Positions 41,071-54,260 are shown, numbered from the stretch's first letter. The stretch: DNA of 64,000 nucleotides from Octopus vulgaris (GCA_951406725.2 OX597819.1:105958001-106022000), one strand, 5' to 3'. Program-made: numbers and translations. The notes: a model not told the origin generated them from the letters alone.

Positions 41071-41444
41071 AATTTGTAACTTAACTGTTAGGATAGAGAC
41101 ACAATAGTTTAAGATTTGAAAAAATGTAGTGGGGTCAATTCATTCGGCTAAAATCTCTTGAAGGCGGTACCCCGGCATGGCGTCTGTCCAATCATTAAAA
41201 TAAGTAAAAGATAAAGGTCCATCTACGTATGTACATATGTACGTACATACCTCACCCCTCCCTCCCTACCTATAAACCTACATATATACCGACTTCCCTT
41301 CTTACCTCTGTATCTCTCTTTTTGTCGTAATTGATCAACCTCTGCACATATGACTCTTTGTTTAGATATCCTTCCATCTTGTTTATCGTAAGCTTTGACT
41401 TGTAATCAAGATTTCTAATTCATCAACGTCCGAAAAGGAAGTGC

Positions 41445-41575
41445 TGTATGTACGTACTTACGTATGTATGTATGTATGTATGTATGTATGTATGTATGTA
41501 TGTATGTATGTATGTATGTATGTATGTATGTATGTATGTATGTATGTATGCATGCATGCATGTATGGATGGATGG
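41445..41575. repeat. (TATG)n microsatellite
   Basis: Directly visible. Confidence 0.95.
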
Positions 41576-42579
41576 ATATCGTATGTATGCTATGAATGTA
41601 TATATGTACGTATATATGCATATGTGGGTGTATGTATATATGTGTGTGTGTGTGTATGTAATACATACATAAGCGCACATACACACACAGATACACAGAG
41701 ACACGCACGCATGCATGCACACAGAGGCACACAGACACAGACACACACCAACATACACACACTCTCACTCATAACCAAATATATAAAGGGAGAGATGGAT
41801 AAATGGATAAATAGATAGAAACATAGATACATAAATTTTTATATATATATCGAGATCGAGAGAGAGAGACAGTGTGAGTGAGTGAGATAGATTAATAGAT
41901 AGATGGATGGATAGAAAGTGAGAGCGAGATATTACAGTGGGCTTAAGTGGATGCCTCACTCTAATTGGATTTGCCTCTGTAAATACGACATTGCCATCCA
42001 TCTTTAATAATCCTACGTAATCATCTTCTTACTCCTCATTTTACTCCTCCTCCTCCTCCTCCTCTTCCTTATCACTATCGTCATTATCATGACGATGATA
42101 ATAAGGAAGAGGAGAAGGTCATGATCAGGATCACCATGATCATGCTCATCATCATCATCAAAGTCATCATTTTGATATATATATTCTTATTTTAGATTTT
42201 TCTAGTGACTTCTCTGTTGCTTTCCTCTTCATGGTATTCTTCTTGTTATATCTTTTTTTCTTTCTGCTACGTTCACTATTCGTGATTTGTGAAATACACG
42301 AAGAATATCTTTTGTTAAATTAAAAACAATTACGAAACCATGCGTTAAAATGTTCAAGATTAGCAACTGAATTGTGAGAATACAGCAACAACAACACTAG
42401 CGTTCGTAGCATATTTTCCATCCTCCCAACTGCAAATGGACATCATAATTCATACAGTGTTTTTAATTTAATAACAAAGTCAGTATAATTCTGTAAGTTT
42501 TCAACTCATTATAGATATTTCGTATTGTTCCGGTGATTAAAACAACACTGTTGTCATTTGATTTCAAGTTTCAAATGAC

Positions 42580-43020
42580 TTGAAATCTTCAAAGCCACAG
42601 TTGAACCAATTCTACTATATGGCTCAGAAACCTGGACGTTATCAAAGAACCTTGAGAGGCGGTTGGATGGAACCTACAATCGCTCCTTATGAGAGCTCAA
42701 AATCTCTCCTGGAAGCGTCATCCAACCAAAATGCAAATATATGGGTAACTACCACCTGTGTCATCTCTTGTGAAAGGTAGCAGAGTCCAGTTTGCTGGAC
42801 ATTGTTGTAGAGCTGAAAAGAGGCAATTTCTACTCTTCTCCTCTGGAAGTCATCTACTCGCAATACCAGAGGGTGCACACTCTCCTACCCTGATGTAATC
42901 TCCAGGGATACAGGCATCCAGCAACAGGACCTCCGTAATGCTATGATGGACCGTGAAGTCTGGCGTAGCATGGTAAATTTCATTGTCTCGACCACGGTCG
43001 AACAATGATGATGATGATAT
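42580..43020 (+). mobile_element. 5'-truncated RTE-clade LINE 3' end with (GAT)n tail
   Basis: FKATVEPILLYGSETWTLSK..ERRLDGTY...SWKRH...FAGHC...AMMDREVWR, followed by gatgatgat. Confidence 0.88.
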
Positions 43021-43274
43021 TGTCATTTATATAATTGAAAATAATGACAGTGTTGTTAATTCTTAAATTGTGTTTTGGTCGTATACTAAAATAACTTCCC
43101 ATAGTTGTTTTCGAACAAAGGTGTAAAGTAATATGAACTTGGTCATTAAGGATTGAAAGCAATCGTTATTACTGTTGTAGGTGGAGGCGTTTAACCACCA
43201 TCCCGCCGGAATGTTTTTTTGTTTCTGTATCGCATCTCTGATTTGTTCAATGCTTTCAGTTCGAAATTTGGTAT

Positions 43275-43690
43275 ATCTTTTCTTTTTTAGTTGTTTAAAA
43301 TCATTGGACTGCGGCCAATCTGGGGCTCGGCTTCAAAGGGTTTAGTCTAACAACTCGATCCCAGTACTTATGTTTTTGCTAAAGATTGGCATTTATTCCA
43401 TCCGTCACTTCTGCCAAGTTCTGGGAACATAAGCAAACTAACGCCGCCTGTCAAGAGGTGGGAAGTGATCAAGTATAAACATACACACACACATATTCAT
43501 ACATTTTCTTGTATTTTTTATACGTGTCAGCCCTAAGGCTACAGCAGGCTTCCACATAGTTAACATCAACGAAATTCACCCATGAGGCATCGGTGGTCCC
43601 AGGACTAGAGTAGAAGTCACTTGCAGAGCGGAACTGAACGCAAGACTATTTGCTTGCTAACCTAATTTATTAATTACACAGTCATATACT
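43275..43690 (-). mobile_element. Degraded SINE family B
   Basis: tcattggactgcggcc...gatcccagtacttat...agtagaagtcacttgc. Confidence 0.65.
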
Positions 43691-44186
43691 CTATGGAAAG
43701 ACTTCTACGCATATTCGCGCCCAAGCCTATTTTTCATAAGAAATCTCTGTGAATTAGATGCATTGAATGAAAATGCCCTGGAATATTTACTCCATGAGAA
43801 ATCAATAATCATTATAAAGAGATATATCACCTTGCGATGAGGAATAACATACCCATTCGATTCATAAAGATGAATTAAAATATAGTTCAAGACAACATAC
43901 CTGGTACAATATGATCAACAAAAATCTGCAAAGGCCCTGCACCAGTATGGCCGCACTCAGACTACTAAAACTAAGGAATCGAACACTTCTTTATTAAAAT
44001 GAGGCATCGGCATGATTGCGTGCTTAAGAAGATCGCTTTGCAGTTACCATGTTTCCGGTTCAGTCTGGCTGCGCGGCACCTTGACTGAAACTCTACTACT
44101 ATAACCCAAGATAATCAAAGCATTCGTTAAACGGAAACTATGTAGAAGCGTATCGTGTATATATATATATATATATATATATCTTT

Positions 44187-44572
44187 ACACTTTTACTTGT
44201 TTCAGTGATTTGACTGTGGCCATGCTGTAGCACCGCCTTTAGTCGAGCAAATCGACCCCAGGACTTATTCTTTGTAAGCCTAGTACTTATTCTATCGGTC
44301 TCTTTTGCCGAACCGCTAAGTTATGGGGACGTAAACACACCAGCATCGGTTGTCAAGCGATGTTGTGGGGACAAACACAGACACACAAACACACACATAT
44401 ATACATATATACGACGGGCTTCTTTCAGTTTCCATCTACCAAATCCACTCATAAAGATTTGGTCGGCCCGAGGCTGTAGTAGAAGACACTTGCCCAAGGT
44501 GCCACGCAGTGGGACTGAACCCGGAACCAAATGGTTGGTAAGCAAGCTACTTACCACACAGCCGCCGTTCCT
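44187..44572 (-). mobile_element. Near full-length tRNA-derived SINE family B
   Basis: Minus strand has gtgtggtaagtagc, a B-box-like gggttcagtccc, CORE-like accttgggcaagt, an internal TA/TG microsatellite and the tail gactgaaacaagtaaaag-like sequence. Confidence 0.9.
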
Positions 44573-45481
44573 ACAAATATATGCATATATATATATATAT
44601 ATATGTATACATATATATATATATATGTGAGTGTTTTGTGCACTTTATATCCCTTACTCCACTGCCACCGCTTAGCAACCGATGTTTATCTACGTCTACA
44701 TAACAAAGCATTGTTTGCGCGGGCGGGGCAAGGAGAAAGATGCAATAAGTATCAGAATTAAAAATAGTGGGTCATTCTGTTGAAAATAAAAACACAAAAA
44801 AAAATTTTAAAGGGGGTGCCCCAGTATGGCCCCGGTCCAGTGACTGAAACAGATATAAAAATATACCGCTATATAGCGTTGCTGATGTAGAAGTGGTTGT
44901 TATTGGTTCATATGTCGGTCATGATGAAACATGCCTGTGATTAGAACAGTCCAGGCATGAAAATCTAGTCTTTGCGTCAGGAATTATGTTTCTAATACGA
45001 AATTATCCACTGTAATCTTATATATCGTGTTTATTTCAGGTAGTATTTTAGTTAATTAATATGTGCATCTAGCGAATGTACTAGTATGTAAATGAATAAA
45101 GACGGGTATTTCTTATTTATAGTATTTTTAACAAGTTCATGTAAGCGATTGTTTTTCTCCGTGGGACGAATGAGATAGATGTAACTGATGAGCCGTCAGC
45201 CATGCGAAAGTAATTGAGTTAATCTTCACTAAGCGGCAAAAGAGGGAGAGGGAAGAGAAGAACGGAAGGAAGGGAAGAGAGGAGGGAAGGGAAGAGAGGA
45301 AGGAAGAGAAGAGGAGAACGTGAAAGTGCTGCAATTGAAAAACATGGTACAGCAAATTAAAAAGGTTAAATTTCTGCTTATTAAGCACACGTATATTCAC
45401 ATATTCTGTCAATCCACACACACACTCATGCACACACACACAAGCAAACACGCGTATATACACACAAGCATAATTCTATAA

Positions 45482-45528
<47 letters not shown>

Positions 45529-45940
45529 CATATATGTATGTATGTATATATGCATATATGTATTTTGTATTTTATTTTGTAATTTTATTTGTATCGTTTT
45601 TACGTCCTGTTTTTGTCACATTTTTTTCTTTCCTTTTTTTACCCCTCTGCGAAGTAATTTTATTTAATTCTTTCCCCACCTTCGAAACACGCTGGAGTTG
45701 AACTAGGGACAGCTGATGAAGAGGAATTTTCCTTGTGTAGTTTGTCTTGTACTCTGTTTTTTCGTTGTTAAAAAAGGTTCGTTTCCATGTTAGTTTTTAC
45801 GTTTTCGTTTCTCGTTGAGTTCTATGTCTATTTGTGGTGTCCTGTACTTACGTATATATATTTATATATGCATGTATATATACATGTAGATGTAGGTACG
45901 TACATATATGTATGTATGTATGCATATATTTTATTTATTA

Positions 45941-45993
<53 letters not shown>

Positions 45994-46109
45994 GTATCAT
46001 CTGTGTAATAAGATTATTACGTGCTTTCCAAAGCTCATTTACGAGTATCGGCTACCATAAGCTGCCATACAGAAGGAATACTCCTATTACCGTTGATTTA
46101 CGTAGAATT

Positions 46110-46317
46110 ATGAAGAGGGATTTAATTTAAACCACAACGCTTGTTTTTGTGCACTAGCATCAGCTGAAAGTAATAGGTGTTCCAGCAGTCCTCACAAAGC
46201 CACTCATCTGCGTCACGTTCATATAATAATATGTAATAAATGTGAAACACTCAGCAATCAACAGCTGATTCTAATGCACAGAAACAATTGTAGAGGTTGA
46301 AACGAAAGTCTCTTCAT
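46110..46317. repeat. Fold-back with ~57-bp diverged arms
   Basis: ttgtttttgtgcactagcatcagctg versus cagctgattctaatgcacagaaacaa; outer atgaagag / ctcttcat. Confidence 0.8.
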
Positions 46318-47504
46318 TCCACCTTGTATAATAATTTCTTTTATTTATGCATATTTCCGTGAGTGTGAGTGTGTATGTTTTTACAAGTACATCGAGTTAC
46401 TACCTAATACATATATACATACATGCCTATACATTTATACGCACACCTACACACATATATCGAGATATATGCATGCACATGTGTAAGTCTATTTAATTAC
46501 CAGACAATATTTGAGCACGTTATAGTTAATTAATGTCCTGGAAGGCAATGTCGTCTTTGCTCGCTACTTTATGTATGAACCATTAAATAAATAAAAGAAA
46601 TTTGCATGTAATTAACATTTTATGGAAGCAGACACCGATATTAACTTTAAAAGTTCACATCGCCATCTTACACTGTATGTGAATGAAAGATTATGAATAA
46701 AATGCTGAAACTGCATAGAGGACTGTCAGTTGTAACGATTTCGTTATTAAGTAGCACTTGTAATCCGTATTCCTGCTTAAAACCGTCATCAGGTTAACGA
46801 ATACCTATTGACTAGTCAATACGGTTCCAATTTTCCAATCTTTGAATATTGATTTGTCCAGTAGTTTCTCCACTTTCAAAGGCCCTGAAGAAGATCATGG
46901 ACGCATTTCAGCTGTTCGATCAACTAAACTATAAGGCTTATTGGATTACGTGTAAGTGGCTCTGTATTCCACTGATACGTGTACCATTAATATATTTATG
47001 TATTTCTCAAGTGGAATCTGCATGACAGACTGTGACGAGGTTGAATATTTAAATTATAGGTACAGTCCATATAACGGGATTCCGGGCAGTTTCCGTTAGC
47101 AAATTTCAATGCAGTGGGAGGAACCTGAGAACTCATAATTACGAAGCGAATTTCATAACCGTTCGACTCTATTATATCCACAACTAACCGCTACGTAAAA
47201 CTTTCAAGATGCCATCTTTTACACTTGATAATAAAGTCCACAGCCTTGATATCTAGTAAAACAAAACCAGGAGATATCAATATAATTGTTGTTTTAGAGA
47301 ACATATGAAATGACACACTCCATCCATACCTATCTTCTCAATTTCCTTGTTGCAATTCGCTCAGATATACATTATCAAATGTATTCCTTCGTCAAACAGT
47401 ACTGTGTAGCACGAGGGATAATTAGCTATGAGATCGAGCGATTAGGTAGAGGCCTCTATTCCATTGACTCTTTGATAAAAATATCGTTGTAGATAGTAGC
47501 GATT

Positions 47505-47720
47505 CTCTTTTACTCTTTCACTTGTTTCTGTCATTTGACTGCGGCCATGCTGGAGCACCGCCTTAAAGGGATTTACCGAAGAAATCGACTTCGAGACTTA
47601 TTCTTTCCAAGCCTAATACTTATTCTATCGTTTCTTTTGCCGAACCGCTAACTTACCGGGACATAAACACACCAGCATCGGTTGTCAAACGATAGTGGGT
47701 GTGTGGGGAAAACGCAAATA
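47505..47720 (-). mobile_element. 3' half of a SINE family B copy (5' half at 49636-49797)
   Basis: Matches 44187-44375 of the intact copy. Confidence 0.85.
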
Positions 47721-47825
47721 CATACGCAAATAAAGATATATACATTCTGCGGAGAAATGACTAAAATTTGCACTGTTTATTATTATACCATATGTTACAG
47801 AAACACACACACACACACACGCACG

Positions 47826-47871
<46 letters not shown>

Positions 47872-47879
47872 GACATAGA

Positions 47880-48930
47880 GAAGTGATGCCTAGAAGATTT
47901 ACTGTAACCTTGATACTAGACGCGCTCAGCCTCATCCTCGAAAACAATACATTCGCTTTCAATAAAAATAAAATCTCCAAATTCGAGGCACAGCTACGGA
48001 GACACGATTTGCTCCAGTTTTCACGAACGCAGTATTGAGATACTTGGAACAAAACCTATATGAAAAAATTGAAGAAAACTACGACATGAATTTTAAAAGA
48101 CATAAATGACACATGGAAAAGATACCTCGATGATTGTTTCCTAATTTAGACCAAATCCCTTGGTAATCTGGAAGAATTCAGCACCCTCCTCAATAATCTA
48201 TACCCTAGTCACTAAATTCACAAGAGAAATGGGAAACACACAGTTACCATTTCTTGACATAAAGGTAATTAAAAACAACACCGCAATCACAACTGATATT
48301 TATTACAAAAGCACAGATACACATCCGTACCTAAATTTCAAATCATGCCTACCAACACACACAGAGCAAAACATCCTGTTCTGTTTAGCTTGGAAAATTT
48401 GTACTATACTCGATGATTCAAATACCAGAAACATGCGACTTATAGAACTCAAACGATTTCTGCTCAAGCCAAATTACCCGCTCTTACTTATAGAAAATAG
48501 CATACAACGAGAAAAAGAGATACCTATAGAACAACTTAGAGCAACACGAAAAAGAGGAACCCATCAAAGGAACGCAATACCATTTTTTGTAACACACAAT
48601 CCGTATCGCCAACATATTTTTAACATCATCGAAACAATTTTGCCAATCACAGGATAAAGTGAAATATTTAAAAAAGCATAATAACTAATCAAACACTTAC
48701 CTTAAGCAAAAGGCAACCACATAACCTAAAGAAACTATTAACAAAGGCAAAATTCAACATGAACAAACATGATAAAACATTCACAGTTTCCGAGTGTAAT
48801 GGTAACAGAGGCGGAACGTGTCAATACATGCATACAGGTAGATCCATTTCGCAAATGCAGATATGAACTGCAAAAGCAGAAATTTGATCTACTGTATCAA
48901 ATGCCTGAATTGTGAGGAATTATATATTAG
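47880..48930 (+). mobile_element. Penelope-like retroelement RT and start of GIY-YIG (Neptune-like), pseudogenised
   Basis: LILENNTF.FN, WKRYLDDCF, LPFLDIKV...TTDIYYKSTDTHPYL.F.SC, LLKPNYP and NCKSRNLIYCIKCLNCEELYI. Confidence 0.9.
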
Positions 48931-49110
48931 GCGTGTTTGTCGCCTTGGGTACGTAAGCCAATTTGCAATGGATATAGGGTACTCGTTAGTTTTCAATACC
49001 TCTAAGAAGCGTGTGGTGTGGGTTACCTTATCCTCTGTCCTGCTGCACTTGCTCCGGATGTAAGTTAATTTCTGGCGTATCCTATTTTTACCATAATAAG
49101 AAACGTGAAA
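48930..49110 (-). mobile_element. Second PLE fragment (thumb region), opposite orientation
   Basis: IRSKCSRTEDKVTHTTRFLEVLKTNEYP resembles the PLE motif R..ICS......L...L..NGYP. Confidence 0.5.
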
Positions 49111-49139
49111 TCCAGACCATGTTTTAAATGGATTCAACT

Positions 49140-49167
<28 letters not shown>

Positions 49168-49170
<3 letters not shown>

Positions 49171-49533
49171 GCAAAGCGCCCCTAGTCCAATGGACGGTGC
49201 TGAGTTCTCAAACGTTTAAACCAAATTTTCTCAAAACAACTTGTCCGACCGCCCAATAGGCCTCCCCTTTGAGAAACACTGATTTAACCTAAATTTCAGA
49301 CACCGCGCATTTTTCTCGCGTACGCGTAGTATCGATCGCGACAACTGATGTACTTGCGCGTACAAATGCACGTTCCCACGGCTTTATCGGTCGCATTCTC
49401 ACCTGGAATCAATTTTTGTAATTTTTTCGAGACTTATACACGCCCTGATGCCGTCGGTATCAACATATCAAATTTGAGTGCGATCGGATGGAGGATACCC
49501 GAGATCCTAGAAGACACACAGACAGACAGAACG

Positions 49534-49535
<2 letters not shown>
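49168..49535. mobile_element. Helentron/DINE-1-like non-autonomous element
   Basis: caaatttgagtgcgatcggatg...gagatc...(acag)n followed by TA, the architecture typical of DINE-like elements. CpG-rich and inserted in (TA)n. Confidence 0.55.
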
Positions 49536-49600
<65 letters not shown>

Positions 49601-49635
49601 TGTATGTATATATATATATATATATATATAAACAT

Positions 49636-49797
49636 ACATGACGGGCTTCTTTCTGTTTCCTTCTACCAAATTCACTCACAAGGTTTTGGTCAGCCCGAAG
49701 CTATAGTAGAAGACATTTGCCCAAGGTGTCATGCAGTGGGACTGAAACTAGAACCATGTGGTTAAGAAGGAAGCTTCTTACCACACAGCCACGCCTG
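49636..49797 (-). mobile_element. 5' half of a SINE family B copy
   Basis: Matches 44410-44570. Confidence 0.85.
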
Positions 49798-49830
49798 TGA
49801 ACAAAAGATACACCCCAAAAACAAAAATAA

Positions 49831-49872
<42 letters not shown>

Positions 49873-51164
49873 GCAGACAACACAAATCAAAAATTAAAAA
49901 AAGACAATAAATCTCACACTTACAAAGAGCAATTATTATTAATTCATATAACAGTTTAAAACGGTTTTGCATCAATAATCTTAAAATAACATGTATAGAA
50001 AGCATAATCGTAGAAATATTGATTTCCACCATAGGCACAATAGAGACATCTTAAACTGTGTATCTTAATAGAAAGATAACCAACAGTTTCCAATAGCCTT
50101 TGTATCTACAGCCGAAGTTTTACTGAATCGTGAAAGTTTACTTAGACATTAAATTCTTTAATGAATTGTCTTGCTATTCAGTCTGTACTTTTATAATGTG
50201 CCACGCTCAGATATGGTTCAACTTCCAAGACTATTAATATAAAATTTCATTATATTAAGGATAGAGTAATTACTCATACGTATGCTGCATTGGTTTCCAG
50301 TTCACAAAGGAATTAATCGAATGCAAGATTATCCAGCTTCATAGAAAATTACACACACGCGTACACACACACACACACACGCACACACACGCGCGCACGC
50401 ATACACGCATATGCATAACACATACGTATGACTGGCTCAAACTGCTTTCTTCGCATGTTTTAAATCTGAGGTCAATATTCTAATTATTTATAAAACACAA
50501 ATTAATGGAATATGTGAATGACAACGTGCCAAATACAAAACGTACCAAACTGACAAAATAACAAAAAACAGAAAAATAAATATCAGAAAGAAAAATAAAT
50601 CATAAAATTCCCACATCACTAAATACTTGAAAGAAATGCCCAGAGTTGCACATACAAACACACACACACACAGAGAAAGATGCTTAATATCTGCCGTAAA
50701 GCTGTCTTTCCATTCCCCTACAATCTATTTACCAGTATAAAATGTAACACTACACCTAACACATATTCTGCCATAGAACCATAAACCAATATATGGGCCT
50801 TTTCATCCTCGGTAAGCGAAACAAATAAAACAGTTCAGTGACAAAGAGCCGAATCGTTAACGAGAACGCAAAACATTTAACTTAACAGGGAAAATTTTCT
50901 CGTCTGCTGTCACCCACGTAATACATATGCGCGTGTGGCACAGACGCAGACACTCTCTCTTATAATCACAGACCCACACGCATTATCATCACACTATGCA
51001 TTTGTAACCATTTTTATATACCGCAACGCATTGTAGAGAAAAAAGAGTACCGAGACATGTAGGGCTGTACGTACAGTCTTACATAAGAATAAGCGGAAGA
51101 GCAAAGAGATTATGCAATATATAGAGACATAGTAAAAAACTGATAATATAAGCATTGATGTCAT

Positions 51165-51325
51165 AGAATCGTTAGCGTGCGGCTCAAAACGCTCGACTGC
51201 ATTTTGTCCGTTCTTAGTTCAGATTTCATCGAAGTGATCTTTGCCTTCCATCCTTTCGGGTTCGATTCAATATGTACCAGTTGACTACTGGGGTCGATGT
51301 CACCAGCTTTTGTTCCAAAAGTTGA
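51165..51325 (+). mobile_element. SINE family A monomer, degraded
   Basis: agaatcgttagc...ttgccttccatcctttcggg...ctggggtcgatgt. Confidence 0.75.
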
Positions 51326-51354
51326 AATGAATATTAGCAGGGATAAATTACATA

Positions 51355-51400
<46 letters not shown>

Positions 51401-51749
51401 ATCCAAGGAGAGGCAATGGGAGCAACAACCACAGGAACACCACAAAATTCAAAGATAGATCAAACACATGCAAATCTTTGATACTAGTTTATATCTATAT
51501 AGTCCGACATATTAAGAATTTAAAAATTCAGTAATATATAAGTATCATATACAAATAAAAATATAAATACAAATATAAATATAAATTTTGCATATAATAC
51601 GCTTAAAACTGTTAGAATAAGAGGAATAAATATAGTGATAATAAAATAAAAATATAGCATATCAAGATACGAGTAAAATTCCGGCGAATAGTACATAAAA
51701 TATAATACACATACAAGCTTACAAAAATATAAGATATACAGAAGTCAAT

Positions 51750-51842
51750 CATCTACGAGCCGTTTCGAGGTTGTGCCAATCAATACTAGACATATCAGTA
51801 CTTAAAATAGTACTTAAAATCGGCACTCCCCTCGTCAGGATG
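51750..51842 (-). ncRNA. Type I hammerhead ribozyme
   Basis: Minus strand reads catc-CTGACGA-ggggagtgcc...ggcacaacctc-GAAA-c-ggctc-g-TA-gatg. Stem I is catc/gatg, stem II is extended, stem III is minimal, and the cleavage triplet is GUA. Confidence 0.85.
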
Positions 51843-52132
51843 TCCTATACAACACATATAAAACATGAACAAACACACAAATACATATTCACATACCGGC
51901 CATTCTCAGAACACGATATTTACGTACTCCCAGAAAAATTTTTACGTCGACCCTGAATGGAACTTTATACGCAAACCATTCGATACAGTCGCCATAGGAA
52001 ATTGCATGCACGCAGCGCCATCTGGCCCGTTTCACTTCAGCACTTAATTTATTTCATTTTATTTTATTCCAATGCAAAGCCACATACTCAGGTTCGATTC
52101 ATCGACTAACAGTTATTTTTCATATAATCACA

Positions 52133-52367
52133 TTACTTTAGTTTTACCTCGTTTTCCACTCTCTATACTTGCTAAACTTAATTCACTTGTTATTGGTTAG
52201 CTCTAACTTTCATTGCTATTTGTACTTCTAAATTTCCTAGTTATTTTTTAATAATTACTTTACTTTAGTTAAATCTCGTTTACCACTCACTATACTTACT
52301 AAACTTAATTCAATTGTTATTGCATAGCTGGAACTTTTATTGCTTTTTCTATTTCTAAATTTCCTAT
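52133..52367. repeat. ~110-bp direct repeat x2 at the PLE ORF end / 3' UTR
   Basis: ttactttagtt...ctaaacttaattca.ttgttattg...ttctaaatttccta at 52133-52240 and 52260-52367. Confidence 0.85.
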
Positions 52368-53106
52368 AGAACGTCGAGTGGGTCTTATGCGTACACGCCG
52401 GTATTGCATCAGTGAACTTATTTAATACTGCGTTGTTGTAATTTTTCAATATAGTGTATGCCTCCCTTATGCATAAACCGCATCTAGTGGACCCAATTCT
52501 ATAAGGGGAGGCATGCGCAAGGATAGCCCATGATATTTAAATTCAACATTCCTTTCCTTGAGGTCGTTAATATGTAATGCCAGTGTTGTAGAGGTCCTAT
52601 ATTTAGGATTGTTGAAGGAGCTCAGGTGGGATCGATACCTCTGCTTAAAGTCTACTGTGCTTCCGATATATATTTTTCTCTGGCCTCCTTGAGCCTCAAC
52701 ACTACATTTATAAATCACATTTTCCTGGCGACAATTTCCGCTAATCGAACATTCAGTTGGGTCCCTACAATTACATTTCTTCAACCTGCTACGGAGTCTC
52801 GTATTATTGATACCGTGCGCACTCCCAGTACTAGGATCCACCATAGCATCTACACCATCGTTCGTACTATTTTCCAGTATAATTATTCTATTATTATTCC
52901 TACTATTACCATTCTACTTATTTTCATTTTTATTTTTATTTTTACTAATATTTTTATTACCATTTCTACTACTATTAACGCCATCATTACCACCCTGCTA
53001 ATCATTATAATCACTAATATCATCACCGATATCATTATTATGATTATCTCTACTATTTACATTATTTGTCACCCCAACACACCCTTCACAATCGATTTCA
53101 GAAGAC

Positions 53107-53145
<39 letters not shown>

Positions 53146-53154
53146 CATGCATAC

Positions 53155-53340
53155 ACATGCTGGAACACCGCCTTAAAGGGTTTTAGCTGAAGAAATCGAC
53201 TTCAGGACATTTTCTTTCTAAGCCTAGTACTTATTCTATCGGACTTTTCTTGCCGAACCCCTAAGTTACGGGGATAGAAGCATACCAACGGCGGTTGTCA
53301 AACGATGATGGGACTTTGGGGAAAACACAGACACACACAC
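53155..53340 (-). mobile_element. SINE family B 3' part
   Basis: catgctggaacaccgccttaaaggg...agcctagtacttattctatcgg. Confidence 0.8.
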
Positions 53341-53459
53341 ATAAATATTTATACATACATACATGCATACACACACATATGATATATACGTAAATGTGTA
53401 TGTATATGTGTAACAAATAATGACAATTAATAACTATGCGGATGAGTGTGATCGGCAAA

Positions 53460-54260
53460 TCCTCCCACCCTTATATCACCTGGTTTCATGCATTCCCTGT
53501 ACTCAAAATCTTCAGATCCGAAGTACACGACTCGTATTAAGAAATGTACCTTGTCGTTCTGGTAGATAAGATATGATTATTCATAGACTATTAAATTGGT
53601 TCTTAAACAGGCTATTGTTTTCATGTTCTTCATAATCAGATCTTACCGCCATCTTAATTTGAACCACATCTTTACTTTACGCTTCAAATGTCTGATATGC
53701 CCATCGTTATCCATCCAAAGGATTGTGAATTTTATTTCGTTCTGGGCTGTTATGGACTCCTCCTTACATGTGTTACTTGTTTTCTCTTCAGAATATTTTA
53801 TAGGTTTAGTATGAGAAGATCATTTTGCTGTTTTGTTCACACTGATCCCGATAATTTGGTACTCATTTCCAATCTTTCCTTTTCACTATATTGTCGCAGG
53901 ATGAGTGGGGTGGTACTACTAGTTATGGTTGTTATACGAGTTCAGGTCTTTGGCGTCTGGCACTGAGACAAGACAACTTCATCCACTATCCATGGAGCAG
54001 TCATTGCAGCTGTGACAGGTGATAAACTAGAGACTGCAGGTCTGCTCTCTGATATTTCCTTGTAAACTTGAGCTCACATATTTCAAGTGGAACTTGATAG
54101 ATACCACACCTGAATTAGTTGGTTTCTGTATTCGGAACTATACTCACTTCCTAACCTATTCTTTGATACCTATTCTTTGATGTCCAAGATCTCCATTTGT
54201 CATGAAATGCTCGTCAAGATAATATTGTTAGTATCTTTTTCAACATTGCACAAATTTGCG
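53460..54260 (-). mobile_element. Degraded R4/Dong-like LINE relic
   Basis: Weak remnants only (an RHDKV-like motif near 53550 and strand A-richness). Confidence 0.35.

Larger units (their letters stand above)
51400..53108 (-). mobile_element. 5'-truncated Penelope-like element, Naiad-type GIY-YIG endonuclease plus 3' region
   Basis: CNCRDPTEC (CxCx5C), VIY...YIGST.DFKQRY..H, then after one frameshift SWAIL...CGLC (CxxC)...LN......ACTH (CxH). Bounded by (TA)n at both ends. Confidence 0.88.

Noticed and set aside
46500-47500. Possible MULE-like relic (PESRYMDCTYNLN on the minus strand)
   Set aside because: A single weak motif is insufficient without an HMM search.
52255-52844. Selenocysteine-encoding Naiad element
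   Set aside because: The conserved Cys positions translate as Cys, with no in-frame TGA at them.
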